Source: Ignicoccus hospitalis KIN4/I | Lineage (GTDB): Archaea; Thermoproteota; Thermoprotei_A; Sulfolobales; Ignicoccaceae | Assembly: GCF_000017945.1 (NCBI RefSeq) | Contig: NC_009776.1 | Span: 930,001-962,000 of the forward strand | Length of the DNA: 32,000 nucleotides | Direction of reading: 5' to 3' | Shown here: positions 8,239-16,738 of the stretch, one piece after another | Layout of the letters: each line of letters opens with the position of its first letter | How positions within the stretch are numbered: position 1 is the first letter of the stretch | The notes under the pieces: model-generated | The model's input: the letters and a program-made list of their open reading frames with translations, nothing else | The model's database searches: none | Told to the model about the DNA's origin: nothing | Translations under genes and position numbers: made by a program

Positions 8239-8670
8239 CTATATAGAGCTTCTGCCCTCGAGGCGGTTGGAAGGGCTGGCGCGCTCCGCGCGGTCCAGCT
8301 CTATTTGAAGCACCGCGAGCTCGTGCTCCAAGGTGTACTCCTCCGGCAGCCCGCACCTCCTCGGGATCAAGAAGGCCTCCCCCCTAACCGGGGAGCCCGG
8401 GCACCAAGGCTCCCCCGGCTCTGGGCAATCGCCCAAGGACACGCCGGCTACCCTCTTTCCCTTCTTGACGGCCTTGAAGAGCCCCACCAAGCTCTCGGAG
8501 TCCGGGTAGACCCTCCGCGCCGCGGAGCCGTCTATTACGATTACGCTCCCTTCGACGTTCACGTACACTATAGTATCCTTCCTTATGGCGTTCGAGAGGA
8601 AGAGCGCCGAGTTCACCGCCAAGGCGGCCCTCCAAGGGCTTAGGGGCTCGCAGAGTAGGACCTTTCGCAC
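8239..8670 (-). CDS. short, divergent TrmY-like (DUF358/SPOUT) protein
   Basis: The core NSALFLSNAIRKDTIVYV....IDGSAARRVYPDSESLVGLFKAVKK resembles the recalled tRNA pseudouridine-54 N1-methyltransferase pattern (..AFFLSH.IR.DV.VY...G.....PDE......KKA). It is only 143 aa, against about 200 aa for that family. Confidence 0.45.
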   Translation of the reverse strand: MRKVLLCEPLSPWRAALAVNSALFLSNAIRKDTIVYVNVEGSVIVIDGSAARRVYPDSESLVGLFKAVKKGKRVAGVSLGDCPEPGEPWCPGSPVRGEAFLIPRRCGLPEEYTLEHELAVLQIELDRAERASPSNRLEGRSSI

Positions 8671-9239
8671 CTCTCCAGCTCCTCCCTAACCTCTTTAAGG
8701 ACGTTTGATATAAACATACTCATTAGGAGTACGCTCTGCATGACCGGCTTGCTCACGTCCACGTCGTACTTCTGCGCGTAGGAGACCGCTTGTGGGAGCC
8801 TCCCGAAGGCCACGTTCAATATTTCGTTCTCCTTATCGTTCAAAGTTTCGAGCTTAAATTCGGTGAGCTTCTGCAACGCGTCCTTCAATCCCTTCGTGTT
8901 GCACTCCCTCAAGAACTCCTCTATTATCTCTTCCTTAGGCCTCCCTCCCCTCCCCTTACAAGCCTCCTCCACCAAGGACTTGAGGTGGGGCGGGTAGTCG
9001 GCCCTCTTGAACATCTCGGCCATCTCCGGGCAGGTTATAGCCACGTTCGCCTCCAAGGTTATTGCAGCAACACCCATCAGCGGGTAGACCTCGGAGTTCT
9101 CGCAGAACTCCTTCACGAACCGGTCTCCGTACTTAGTTCTCAAAGCCTCGAAGAGCAAGAACGCGAAGAGCGAGGAACAAGAGTGGGCCTCCTCGAAGTC
9201 CAACCGACCACCTGGCGGAGACGGGGCGAAACGGCTCAT
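8640..9239 (-). CDS. hypothetical protein (about 200 aa)
   Basis: Start trimmed to the ATG at 9239 (MSRFAPSPPGG...), 2 nt after the nnr stop. The upstream 70 aa of the track ORF overlap nnr and are Gly/Arg-rich, as expected for non-coding readthrough. Mostly helical; no family recognised. Confidence 0.5.
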   Translation of the reverse strand: MSRFAPSPPGGRLDFEEAHSCSSLFAFLLFEALRTKYGDRFVKEFCENSEVYPLMGVAAITLEANVAITCPEMAEMFKRADYPPHLKSLVEEACKGRGGRPKEEIIEEFLRECNTKGLKDALQKLTEFKLETLNDKENEILNVAFGRLPQAVSYAQKYDVDVSKPVMQSVLLMSMFISNVLKEVREELERCERSYSASP

Positions 9240-9241
9240 AT

Positions 9242-10627
9242 TTACTTGGCGCCCACCGCCTTGGCCAGCCTCGGGACGGCGCGTATTAGGCAGTCCGGAG
9301 ACGCGTGGCCCTCCTCCTCGTAGCAAGCCTCGCCGGCCCTCCCGTTCAAGTACGCCGCCGCCTTGGCGGCCCACCAAGGTTCGTCCCTCCCCAAGTAGGC
9401 AGCCGTCACCCCCGCGAGCACGTCCCCGGTGCCGCCCACGGTCATCCACTCGTTCCCGGTCTCGTTCAAGACCCCCTTGTCCCCGCAGTGCACTACGTCT
9501 ACCTTACCCTTGAGGATAACACAAGCCCCGTAAGTTTTCGCTATTTCCTCCGCCGCCCTAACCCTGGACTCCAAGTCGTCGCCCACCTCCCTCCCCAAAA
9601 GGGCCCTCGCCTCACCCAAGTGGGGGGTCAACACGGCCCTCCCGGAGAAGTAAGCTCCCACCTTCGGCAAGAGCTTAAGCGCGTCCGCGTCTAAGACTAC
9701 CTTCGCTTTGCTCTCTTCTGCGTACTCAAGCGCCGCTCTCAAGGTTTCTAAGTCCCTCCCCAGGCCGGGGCCCACCAAGAGCACGTCGACCTTGTCGGAG
9801 GCCAACTTCTCTTTCAAGTCCCTCCTGTCCCTCCATATGAGTTCGGGGAAGTCCATGCGTACCGGGGAGTAAACGAAGACTAGGTCGGCTCCCGACCTAA
9901 AGGCGGCCAGCCCGGCCAAGTAGGGGGCCCCTTGGTAGAGCTCTGAGCCCCCGACCACCCCGACCCTTCCGTTCTGACCTTTCCTCCCCCTCCTCCTAGC
10001 CAAGAGCGCGTCGCCGGGGCCGGCGTGGGTGTCGGCCTTCCTCGGTATTCCTATTTCCACCACTACCACTTTGTCCATCATGTCCTTCAGGACGGGCTTG
10101 GGCTTGTGCACGGTCACCACCAAGTCCGCCTCGAAACAGAGCTCGCAGCCGCCGTCCGGGTCCGCGCCGGAGGGGACGTCCACGGACACTTTGAAGGATT
10201 CCGTCCCGTTGGCCCACTCTATGAGCTCCCTCACCCTCCCCCTCGGGGCCCCCCTCGCGCCCGTGCCCAACAAGGCGTCTATTATCACGTCCGCCTCCTC
10301 GGGCTCCTCTATTACCTCCACTCCCGTGTCTTCTGCCCTCTTCAGCTGTTTGAGGGTTATTTCCTTGAGTTCGCACCTCTTGTGCGCGAGGAGGACTTTC
10401 ACCTTACGGCCCATGAGGGCCAAGTGTCTAGCGGCGACCAAGCCGTCCCCGCCCTTGCCGCCCTTGCCGGCCAAGACGAGGAACGAGTTGCCCTCCGGGT
10501 AAGCGAGCCGGGCGACCCACGAGCCGGCGTTCTCCATCATCAACTCCTCGCCGAACCCGAGGGCAGCGGAGTTGAGCTCCACCGCCCTCATTTCCCTTGT
10601 GTCGTAAAACTCGCCGCGAGAGATCAA
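9242..10627 (-). CDS. nnr: bifunctional NAD(P)H-hydrate repair enzyme (YjeF-N epimerase + YjeF-C dehydratase)
   Basis: The N domain has LMMENAG and AGKGGKGGDGLVAARHL. The C domain has a carbohydrate-kinase-like pattern (GPGLG, VLTPH, GGTGDVLAG). Proposed TTG start at 10627 overlaps the upstream TGA stop as TTGA. The alternative is the ATG at 10591, and the track ORF extends to 10735. Confidence 0.9.
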   Translation of the reverse strand: MISRGEFYDTREMRAVELNSAALGFGEELMMENAGSWVARLAYPEGNSFLVLAGKGGKGGDGLVAARHLALMGRKVKVLLAHKRCELKEITLKQLKRAEDTGVEVIEEPEEADVIIDALLGTGARGAPRGRVRELIEWANGTESFKVSVDVPSGADPDGGCELCFEADLVVTVHKPKPVLKDMMDKVVVVEIGIPRKADTHAGPGDALLARRRGRKGQNGRVGVVGGSELYQGAPYLAGLAAFRSGADLVFVYSPVRMDFPELIWRDRRDLKEKLASDKVDVLLVGPGLGRDLETLRAALEYAEESKAKVVLDADALKLLPKVGAYFSGRAVLTPHLGEARALLGREVGDDLESRVRAAEEIAKTYGACVILKGKVDVVHCGDKGVLNETGNEWMTVGGTGDVLAGVTAAYLGRDEPWWAAKAAAYLNGRAGEACYEEEGHASPDCLIRAVPRLAKAVGAK

Positions 10628-11667
10628 AGCCTCACCAAGGGCGGTACGTAGCCTGCGGTTCGAAAAACTTCTTGGGTGAAGTCGCCCGAGGCCAAGGTTA
10701 CCAAGTCGTTCAAGAATGTCCGCACGACCACGCAAGTTACGGTTCCCACCAGCTCGTACTTATCCACGTCGAACTCCTTGTGAAGCTCATTTAAGTACTT
10801 CCTAAAGGTAGACGTCACGAGACCCCTCTTCTCCATTTCTGATAGCGTATTCTGGCCTATCGCCCTCGCCGGCCGGTTGGCGCACTCCAGTACCTCTACC
10901 GTCGCCTTGTCTAAGACAGCTATGAGAGCCCCCACGTCCCATAACTTGCCCTTGCTAACCACGCTGGAGAGCACGGACAGCCCGACGGTAGCGACGAACT
11001 CCTTTAAGTCGAGGCGCGTTGGGACGAACACTGTGGTGTTTAGGACCACCTTGTCGCGAGGGAGCTTCGGCCCACCCTTGCCGCCGTTCACGAAGACCGC
11101 GAACGGCGGGTTCTCGGCAATAGAGTAAGGTATGACCGTTACCCTCACTTTCTCCACCGCCGGGTGGGAGATCAACGCTATAGGCGGGCGCTGCGCTAGG
11201 TCGTTATAGCTCAAGGACTGCGCGATCTTCAACGCGAGGTAGCCGAGCATGCGCGCGGTGGAGTGGCACAGCTCGCCCACCTCCAAGTCGGCCAGCACGT
11301 CGGATGGGACCTCCGGAGGCGGCTCTACTATGCCCTCGAGCCCGCTCCAGCAAGCCTTGTGATGCTTAAACGTGACGGAGGCCACTTTGTTTACCTTGCT
11401 GACGAAGTTCTTTTTGCCCTTCAAGTTGCGGTAGATGGACTTCAAGTTGATTGCGTCCTTATCGTTTTTTACTACGACGTTGTAGCTCTTCTGCATCCTG
11501 GCGATACTGTCCAGCAAGGTGTGGGCCTCGGGGTCCTCAGACTGGAACGACGGACACATCACTGGGTCGTAGGAGTCGCCGAGGGGCAAGTTCCGGAGGG
11601 ATATCTCCCTCAAGGGGGCGAAGTATTTAAAGTGAAAAGGCGTTATTTCCCTTCTCTTGAAGCTCAT
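10624..11667 (-). CDS. hypothetical protein (347 aa), no recognisable family
   Basis: Clean ATG ORF with coding-like composition. Translationally coupled to nnr and preceded by a ~300-nt intergenic region. Confidence 0.6.
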   Translation of the reverse strand: MSFKRREITPFHFKYFAPLREISLRNLPLGDSYDPVMCPSFQSEDPEAHTLLDSIARMQKSYNVVVKNDKDAINLKSIYRNLKGKKNFVSKVNKVASVTFKHHKACWSGLEGIVEPPPEVPSDVLADLEVGELCHSTARMLGYLALKIAQSLSYNDLAQRPPIALISHPAVEKVRVTVIPYSIAENPPFAVFVNGGKGGPKLPRDKVVLNTTVFVPTRLDLKEFVATVGLSVLSSVVSKGKLWDVGALIAVLDKATVEVLECANRPARAIGQNTLSEMEKRGLVTSTFRKYLNELHKEFDVDKYELVGTVTCVVVRTFLNDLVTLASGDFTQEVFRTAGYVPPLVRL

Positions 11668-11920
11668 GGTCTCGCCTCGCTGCTCAGTGCTATCTATCGA
11701 GAGCGAGTTCGCGGGCCGACGCTATTATGGGTAACACGTTCGCCCCACCCCCTCCCCTCCGGTTTGCCGTTAGGTAAGTAAACCTGTCTGCTAGTAAGGG
11801 TTATGTATACGTAATGCCCCCGTTTTCCTCTGCAAAATTTGTTGGATATTCGCCCTCCGCTCGCGACTCCGGATTCCTTTACCAACCGCCCGATGGGCCA
11901 GATACGAGTAGAACTTTCGC

Positions 11921-11935
11921 ATTTATTTAAAAACC
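11921..11935 (-). terminator. oligo-T terminator candidate after the fused dehydrogenase/hydratase gene
   Basis: The minus strand reads ccggtttttaaataaat about 30 nt downstream of the stop at 11964. Archaeal terminators are typically short T-runs. Confidence 0.35.
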
Positions 11936-11963
11936 GGAGGAGTGGGGAGGAAGCCGAACTCTC

Positions 11964-13958
11964 CTACTTAAAGTTTGGTTTCCTCTTCTCCAAGAAGGCC
12001 GCTATGCCCTCCTTGGCGTTCTCTGTGGCCAACGCCCTCGCGAACGCTTCGGCCTCCATCTCCAGCCCGTCTATCAAGGGAACCTCCTGGGCCACCCTCA
12101 CGGCCTTCTTGGCCAGCGCCAGCGCCTCCTTGGGCTTGGAGGACAACTTCTTAACTAGCAGCCTCACCTCCGAGTCGGCTATCCTCTTCGGCACCGCCCA
12201 GTTGACCAAGCCCCACTTCTCGGCCTCTACGGCGTCTATGGGGTCTCCTAAGAGGACTAGCTGCATGGCCCTCCCCAAGCCCACCAGCCTGGGGAGCCTC
12301 TGGGTGCCCCCTCCCCCCGGCATTATGCCTACGTTTATCTCAGGCTGACCCAAGAGGGAGTCTTCGGTGGCCAGCCTCAAGTCGGCCATCATGGCCACTT
12401 CCAAGCCTCCGCCAAGCGCGTAGCCGGTGATGTAAGCGATCACCGGCTTCGGACAGCCCTCGAGGGCGAGCGCGAGCTTCTTGAACGGTCTCGCCACAGT
12501 CTCCGGGGCCTTGGTCGGGTCGACATCCTTCATGACCGTCAAGTCGAAGCCGGCGCTGAAGACGTCTCCTCCGTAGAGCACTATCGCCCTCACCCCCTCG
12601 TCCTCACAAGCCTTCTGGGCGACCTCGGCCATCTTCAGCAACATCTCCGGCGTGAGGGCGTTCCTCTGCTTCGGCCTGTTCAGTATTATCCAAAGGGCCT
12701 CGCCCTCCCTCCTAACCTTTATCTCGCCCAAGTCCTCCTCGCTCACCTCGTACTCGTAGAAGCCCTTCCCGCACTTGACCCCGCACTTGCCTTCCTTCAC
12801 CATGTTCTCGAGTAGCTGCACCGGGCGGTAGTCCTCCAAGCCGTACTTTTCCTTCTTCTCGTTTATTGAGTCCAACACGTTGTCCAAGCCCAAGCTGTCG
12901 CCTAACTTAAGTATACCCATAGGCAAGTTCAGCCCCAAGACTGTGGCGGTGTCCACCTCCTCCGGCCCGGCCACCCCGTTCTCCACAAGCCAAGCTCCCT
13001 CGTTCACGGCCGTGTCCACTATGGAGATGTAGTCCACACCCTCGGCGGCTGAGGCCTTGACGACGGGCTTCTTGAACTTACCCGGGGCAGGGTACTTGTA
13101 GAAGCCCTCCCCGCTCTTCACTCCGAGCTTGCCCTCTTCCAAGAGCTTCTTGAAGAGCGGGCAGATGGTGAGGTTCATCCCCCTCTCCTTCATGGCCTCC
13201 ATCAAGTGTACCAACACGTCCAAGCCCACGTAGTCGGCTAGCTCGAAGGCGCCCATGGGGAAGTTGAGCTTGTAGCGCAGCGCCGCGTCCACCTGCTCCT
13301 TAGTGTAAACGCCCCTCTCCACCAGCCAGCATCCCTCGTTCAAGAACCGGGCCATTATCCTGTTCACTATGAAGCCAGGTACGTCCTTGTTTACTACTAT
13401 TGGTACCTTCCCCATTTTCTTAGCTAATTCAACGGTAATTTTCACGGTCTCGTCGCTGGTCTCTTTGCCCCTCACCACCTCGACGAGCTTTAGTATGACC
13501 GGCGGGTTGAAGAAGTGCATCCCCACAACTTTGTCGGGCCTCTTGGTCGCCTTTGCGATCTCCGTTATCGGTATGGAGGAGGTGTTAGATGCTAGGATGG
13601 CGTGGGGAGGGGCGTACTTGTCGAGGACGCTGAACACGGCCCTCTTGAGCTCCAGCTTCTCCGGGACGGCCTCTATGACGAAGTCCACGTCCTTAGCGGC
13701 CTCTGCGTAGCTGCTCTCGTCGTCCGGGTTGGCCACCATAGTTTCTATCCTTTTTAGCACCTCCTCCGGCGGTTCCTTCAACTTCCCCTTGGCGTACAAC
13801 TTCTCTAAGCTCTCCTTTATCCTTTCCATAGCTCTGTCCAAGAACTCTTGTTTAATGTCTATCATCCTGACGTTCAAGCCGCTCATCGCGGCCACTTGGG
13901 CTATTCCGTGGCCCATGACACCGGCTCCGACGACCAAGACCTTCCTCACTTCTTGCAA
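11964..13958 (-). CDS. fused 3-hydroxyacyl-CoA dehydrogenase (N-terminal) / enoyl-CoA hydratase (C-terminal)
   Basis: Rossmann motif VLVVGAGVMGHGIAQ, two HCDH C-terminal-like repeats, then a crotonase fold (LNRPKQRNAL, FSAGFDL, GYALGGGLEVAMMADLR). There is no internal ATG before the Rossmann motif. Likely start is the TTG at 13958 or the GTG at 13949. The track ORF to 14081 overlaps the ksgA 3' end. Confidence 0.9.
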   Translation of the reverse strand: MQEVRKVLVVGAGVMGHGIAQVAAMSGLNVRMIDIKQEFLDRAMERIKESLEKLYAKGKLKEPPEEVLKRIETMVANPDDESSYAEAAKDVDFVIEAVPEKLELKRAVFSVLDKYAPPHAILASNTSSIPITEIAKATKRPDKVVGMHFFNPPVILKLVEVVRGKETSDETVKITVELAKKMGKVPIVVNKDVPGFIVNRIMARFLNEGCWLVERGVYTKEQVDAALRYKLNFPMGAFELADYVGLDVLVHLMEAMKERGMNLTICPLFKKLLEEGKLGVKSGEGFYKYPAPGKFKKPVVKASAAEGVDYISIVDTAVNEGAWLVENGVAGPEEVDTATVLGLNLPMGILKLGDSLGLDNVLDSINEKKEKYGLEDYRPVQLLENMVKEGKCGVKCGKGFYEYEVSEEDLGEIKVRREGEALWIILNRPKQRNALTPEMLLKMAEVAQKACEDEGVRAIVLYGGDVFSAGFDLTVMKDVDPTKAPETVARPFKKLALALEGCPKPVIAYITGYALGGGLEVAMMADLRLATEDSLLGQPEINVGIMPGGGGTQRLPRLVGLGRAMQLVLLGDPIDAVEAEKWGLVNWAVPKRIADSEVRLLVKKLSSKPKEALALAKKAVRVAQEVPLIDGLEMEAEAFARALATENAKEGIAAFLEKRKPNFK

Positions 13959-13999
13959 GGCTTGATCCGCGGTCCAGAGGCGTAAAAGAGAATAAAGCG

Positions 14000-14731
14000 C
14001 TAACGCTCCTCCCAAGCCTCCCACAAGCTCTCGGGAGGGAGCTCCCTCACCCTCTCTTCCCCCTCCCAGCGGGCGCCGCAAGAGGGCAAGACCTTACGGG
14101 CCTTCTTGTTCCTCTGCGAGAAGACGCACGCCAAGAATTCTGAGAACTCCTTCGGGACGGACCTCTTTTTAATTAATATTACGTGGCGGCTTAGGACCTC
14201 CGGCTTGGGGTAAAAGGACTCCGGGCCCCACACCGGGCCCAAGCGGGCCTCGCAGCACAAGGAGGCCAACACGGTTAGCCTCCCGTACTCCTTCGTCCCG
14301 GGCTCGGCGACCAGCCTCTCCGCGACCTCCTTCTGAAGGAGGAACACCCCCTTGTTCCACCGACCTTCTGTGAAGAGCTTCGCGAGGAGGGGCCCGCTTA
14401 TGCTATAAGGGAGGGAGCCCACTACGACCGGAGCGTCGAGCTCCAGCTCTAACGCGTCGCCGCATACGACCTCCACGTTCTCCAAGTTTAAGGATTTCAA
14501 ATAGTTACACAACCTGAGATCCTTCTCTATTGCAATTACCTTCTTAGAAACTTTGGAGAGCGGGGCCGTGAGGGCCCCGAGGCCGGCCCCTATTTCTATT
14601 ACAACTTCCCCCGAGGGGACCTCGCTCAAGAAGAACTCTATTATTTTGGGGTTTACCGTGAAGTTCTGCCCCATCTTCTTGCTGGGCCTTATACCGAGCT
14701 CGGCGAGCTTGGCCTTTGTCCACTTCAGCAA
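14000..14731 (-). CDS. ksgA: 16S rRNA dimethyladenosine transferase (KsgA/Dim1/RsmA)
   Basis: MGQNFTVNPKII and the SAM motif VIEIGAGLGALT, followed by GSLPYSISGPLL. Confidence 0.9.
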   Translation of the reverse strand: MLKWTKAKLAELGIRPSKKMGQNFTVNPKIIEFFLSEVPSGEVVIEIGAGLGALTAPLSKVSKKVIAIEKDLRLCNYLKSLNLENVEVVCGDALELELDAPVVVGSLPYSISGPLLAKLFTEGRWNKGVFLLQKEVAERLVAEPGTKEYGRLTVLASLCCEARLGPVWGPESFYPKPEVLSRHVILIKKRSVPKEFSEFLACVFSQRNKKARKVLPSCGARWEGEERVRELPPESLWEAWEER

Positions 14732-14732
14732 G

Positions 14733-15362
14733 CTAACCCCTCGCCGCCCTTCGCAGCCTCCCCAAGTAGTTCAAGTAGGTATAGCCCGGCTTCGGGGGCT
14801 CTACGAACAAGTAGTACTTCTCCTCTCCTTTTATCTCCTTTATTATCCTCTCGACCAACACGTCCACCGGGTGCTTCAAGTGCGTCCTCTTCGCCAAGTC
14901 CTCGAAGCTCTCGAACGGTTTGTTCTTCCTAGCCTCCAGTATCTCCTCTAACATCTTTCTACCTACGCCGGGCAAGAGCTCCAACGCGTGGAGCTTGACC
15001 GTTATGGGGCCGGACAAGTTGAAGAAGTCTACGAACAACTTCTCATTTTCGAGTATTATGCCCTTTATTACCTCTGGCAAGCTGCTCTGGGCGACGGAGG
15101 TGAGCTCCTCGTAGCTAATGTAATAGAACCGGTTGAGGAGCCTCTCGTCGAGCGGGGTGAAGGAGACCTTCTCCCCTATGTTGAACGCGCTCCCGAACTT
15201 CGCGTTGAACTCGAGCAGCTTGAACTTGTGCTCTTCTATCGCTTGTATGAACGGCTTGTTGCGGTGCTCCGGGTGCGCGTCCAGCGGGCGCCCCGAGGGG
15301 AGGAAGTCGAGCACCCTCCCCTCCCTCGGCCTTTCCCTCCTCCTACCTCTTGTTCCGCGCAA
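14733..15362 (-). CDS. DUF655-family HhH nucleic-acid-binding protein
   Basis: VLDFLPSGRP....FKLLEF at the N terminus and the helix-hairpin-helix LELLPGVGRKMLEEILEARKNKPFESFEDL. It lies directly upstream of ksgA, as I recall is common in archaea. Confidence 0.75.
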   Translation of the reverse strand: MRGTRGRRRERPREGRVLDFLPSGRPLDAHPEHRNKPFIQAIEEHKFKLLEFNAKFGSAFNIGEKVSFTPLDERLLNRFYYISYEELTSVAQSSLPEVIKGIILENEKLFVDFFNLSGPITVKLHALELLPGVGRKMLEEILEARKNKPFESFEDLAKRTHLKHPVDVLVERIIKEIKGEEKYYLFVEPPKPGYTYLNYLGRLRRAARG

Positions 15363-15453
15363 TTCCCTTTACCCTGTAGCTCCCTTACGCCCCGGAGTAT
15401 ATATGGGGAGAGCGTTTAAACCGTCCCTTCGGAAGGGCCCGGGGATTTAGGTA

Positions 15454-15630
15454 GTGGCTAGGAAGAGGAGGAAGGGAGGCGAGGGCCTAGTCACCGCTAT
15501 AGGGCTGGTCAGGTTTTACGAGGAGGTTGAGGAGAAGATAAAGGTCCCGCCCGAGGCCGTAATAGGGGCGGCCTTCGCCCTCTCAATAATGACCATCGCC
15601 TTGGACTTGTTGCTCAAGGCGGCCCGATGA
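15454..15630 (+). CDS. secG: preprotein translocase subunit Sec61-beta (archaeal SecG), 58 aa
   Basis: Not in the ORF track because it is under 60 aa. GTG at 15454. The translation is VARKRRKGGEGLVTAIGLVRFYEEVEEKIKVPPEAVIGAAFALSIMTIALDLLLKAAR. It shows the GL..A.GL.R[FY]..E....I...PE.VIG motif followed by a C-terminal TM helix. Confidence 0.7.
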   Translation: MARKRRKGGEGLVTAIGLVRFYEEVEEKIKVPPEAVIGAAFALSIMTIALDLLLKAAR

Positions 15631-15740
15631 GGTCCACGCCCTTCGCCGACGCGGGTGAGGACTCTTCCTCCCGAAACTGAGGGTCCAGCCCCAACCCCTT
15701 TTTGTCTCCCGTTCCCCCCTACGGCACAGAGCGAAGGGAG

Positions 15741-16442
15741 ATGCTGAGGGTATACGCGGACGAGAGGGAGAGGAGGAGCGGGGTCCCGGAGATACTGGCG
15801 AAGAAGTACGGCGTGATAGTCACTTTCAAGAACATGCCGGTGGCGGATTATGCGGTCTCCGACAGGGTGGGGATAGAGAGGAAGAGCGTGAGCGACTTCC
15901 TCAAGAGCTTGGCGGACGGGAGGCTCTTCAACCAAGCGAGGAGGCTCAAGGAGGTTTACCAGAAACCCTTCATAATTGTGGAGGGGAAGTGGGACTGGGT
16001 GGAGAAGGCAGAGAGGACCTCCAAGGCTGCCTCCCCCGCTCTGGCCTCCTTGGTCTACGACTTCGGTATAGGGATAATTTACACCCTTACGAAGGAGGAC
16101 ACTGCGAGGGTGATCAAGTTCTTGGCCGAGAGGGAGCAAGGGGAGAACAAGAGGAGGGTCCCAGTAAAGCTCCAAGGGAAGCCCCCGATAGGGGACGTGA
16201 GGCAGTGGCAGCTGTTCTTGGTCCAGTGCCTCCCCGGGGTGGGTCCCAAGCTTGCGGAAAAGCTCTTGGAGAGGTTCGGGAGCGTGAGGGCGGTCTTCAA
16301 CGCCTCAGTGGCGGAGCTGAGCAAGGTGGAAGGCTTGGGGACCAACAAGGCCCAAGAGATAGTTAAGGTGCTGACCGCCCCCTGGAAGATAAGGAAGGAC
16401 AAGGAAGGCCTAGAAAAGTTCATTAAGAAAGAGGACTCTTAG
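15741..16442 (+). CDS. xpf: XPF/ERCC4 structure-specific endonuclease, short crenarchaeal form with C-terminal (HhH)2
   Basis: ADERERRSGV, ADYAVSDRVGIERKSVSDFLKSLADGRLFNQ (ERK nuclease motif) and the HhH LPGVGPKLAEKLLERFGS...VEGLG. ATG at 15741; the track ORF starts at a TTG at 15702. Confidence 0.85.
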   Translation: MLRVYADERERRSGVPEILAKKYGVIVTFKNMPVADYAVSDRVGIERKSVSDFLKSLADGRLFNQARRLKEVYQKPFIIVEGKWDWVEKAERTSKAASPALASLVYDFGIGIIYTLTKEDTARVIKFLAEREQGENKRRVPVKLQGKPPIGDVRQWQLFLVQCLPGVGPKLAEKLLERFGSVRAVFNASVAELSKVEGLGTNKAQEIVKVLTAPWKIRKDKEGLEKFIKKEDS

Positions 16443-16738
16443 GAGCGCTTGTAGAGCCTAACGAACCTCTTCACGAACTTGTCCCACTGCTCCCCCTGTT
16501 TGAGCTCCCTCTCCACCAAGTCCTTGAACTCCGCGGCCCTCTCGCCGAACCTTATCACCGTGGCCTTTGCGAGGACTTGCAAGTCCATGCCAATTATTTT
16601 GGAGAGCTTGAGCGCCTCCTCGAAGTCCTCCTCACTCTCCATAGCCTTAGCTATGACCTCTGCCATCACTTCGTCCAGCTGGGAGCGTGGGACGGTCTGG
16701 GTGGCGTATATCAAGAACGCCAAGGGTAACTCCTTCAA
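16439..16738 (-). CDS. hypothetical helical protein (99 aa)
   Basis: ATG ORF overlapping the icd stop by 4 nt, so apparently co-transcribed with icd. No family recognised. Confidence 0.5.
   Translation of the reverse strand: MKELPLAFLIYATQTVPRSQLDEVMAEVIAKAMESEEDFEEALKLSKIIGMDLQVLAKATVIRFGERAAEFKDLVERELKQGEQWDKFVKRFVRLYKRS

Noticed and set aside
9240-9449. N-terminal extensions of the track ORFs 8640-9449, 29679-30740, 11964-14081 and 9242-10735
   Set aside because: The extensions overlap the 3' end of the upstream gene and are Gly/Arg-rich, as expected for non-coding readthrough. An internal start sits exactly at or next to the upstream stop (ATG 9239, ATG 30545, TTG 13958, TTG 10627).
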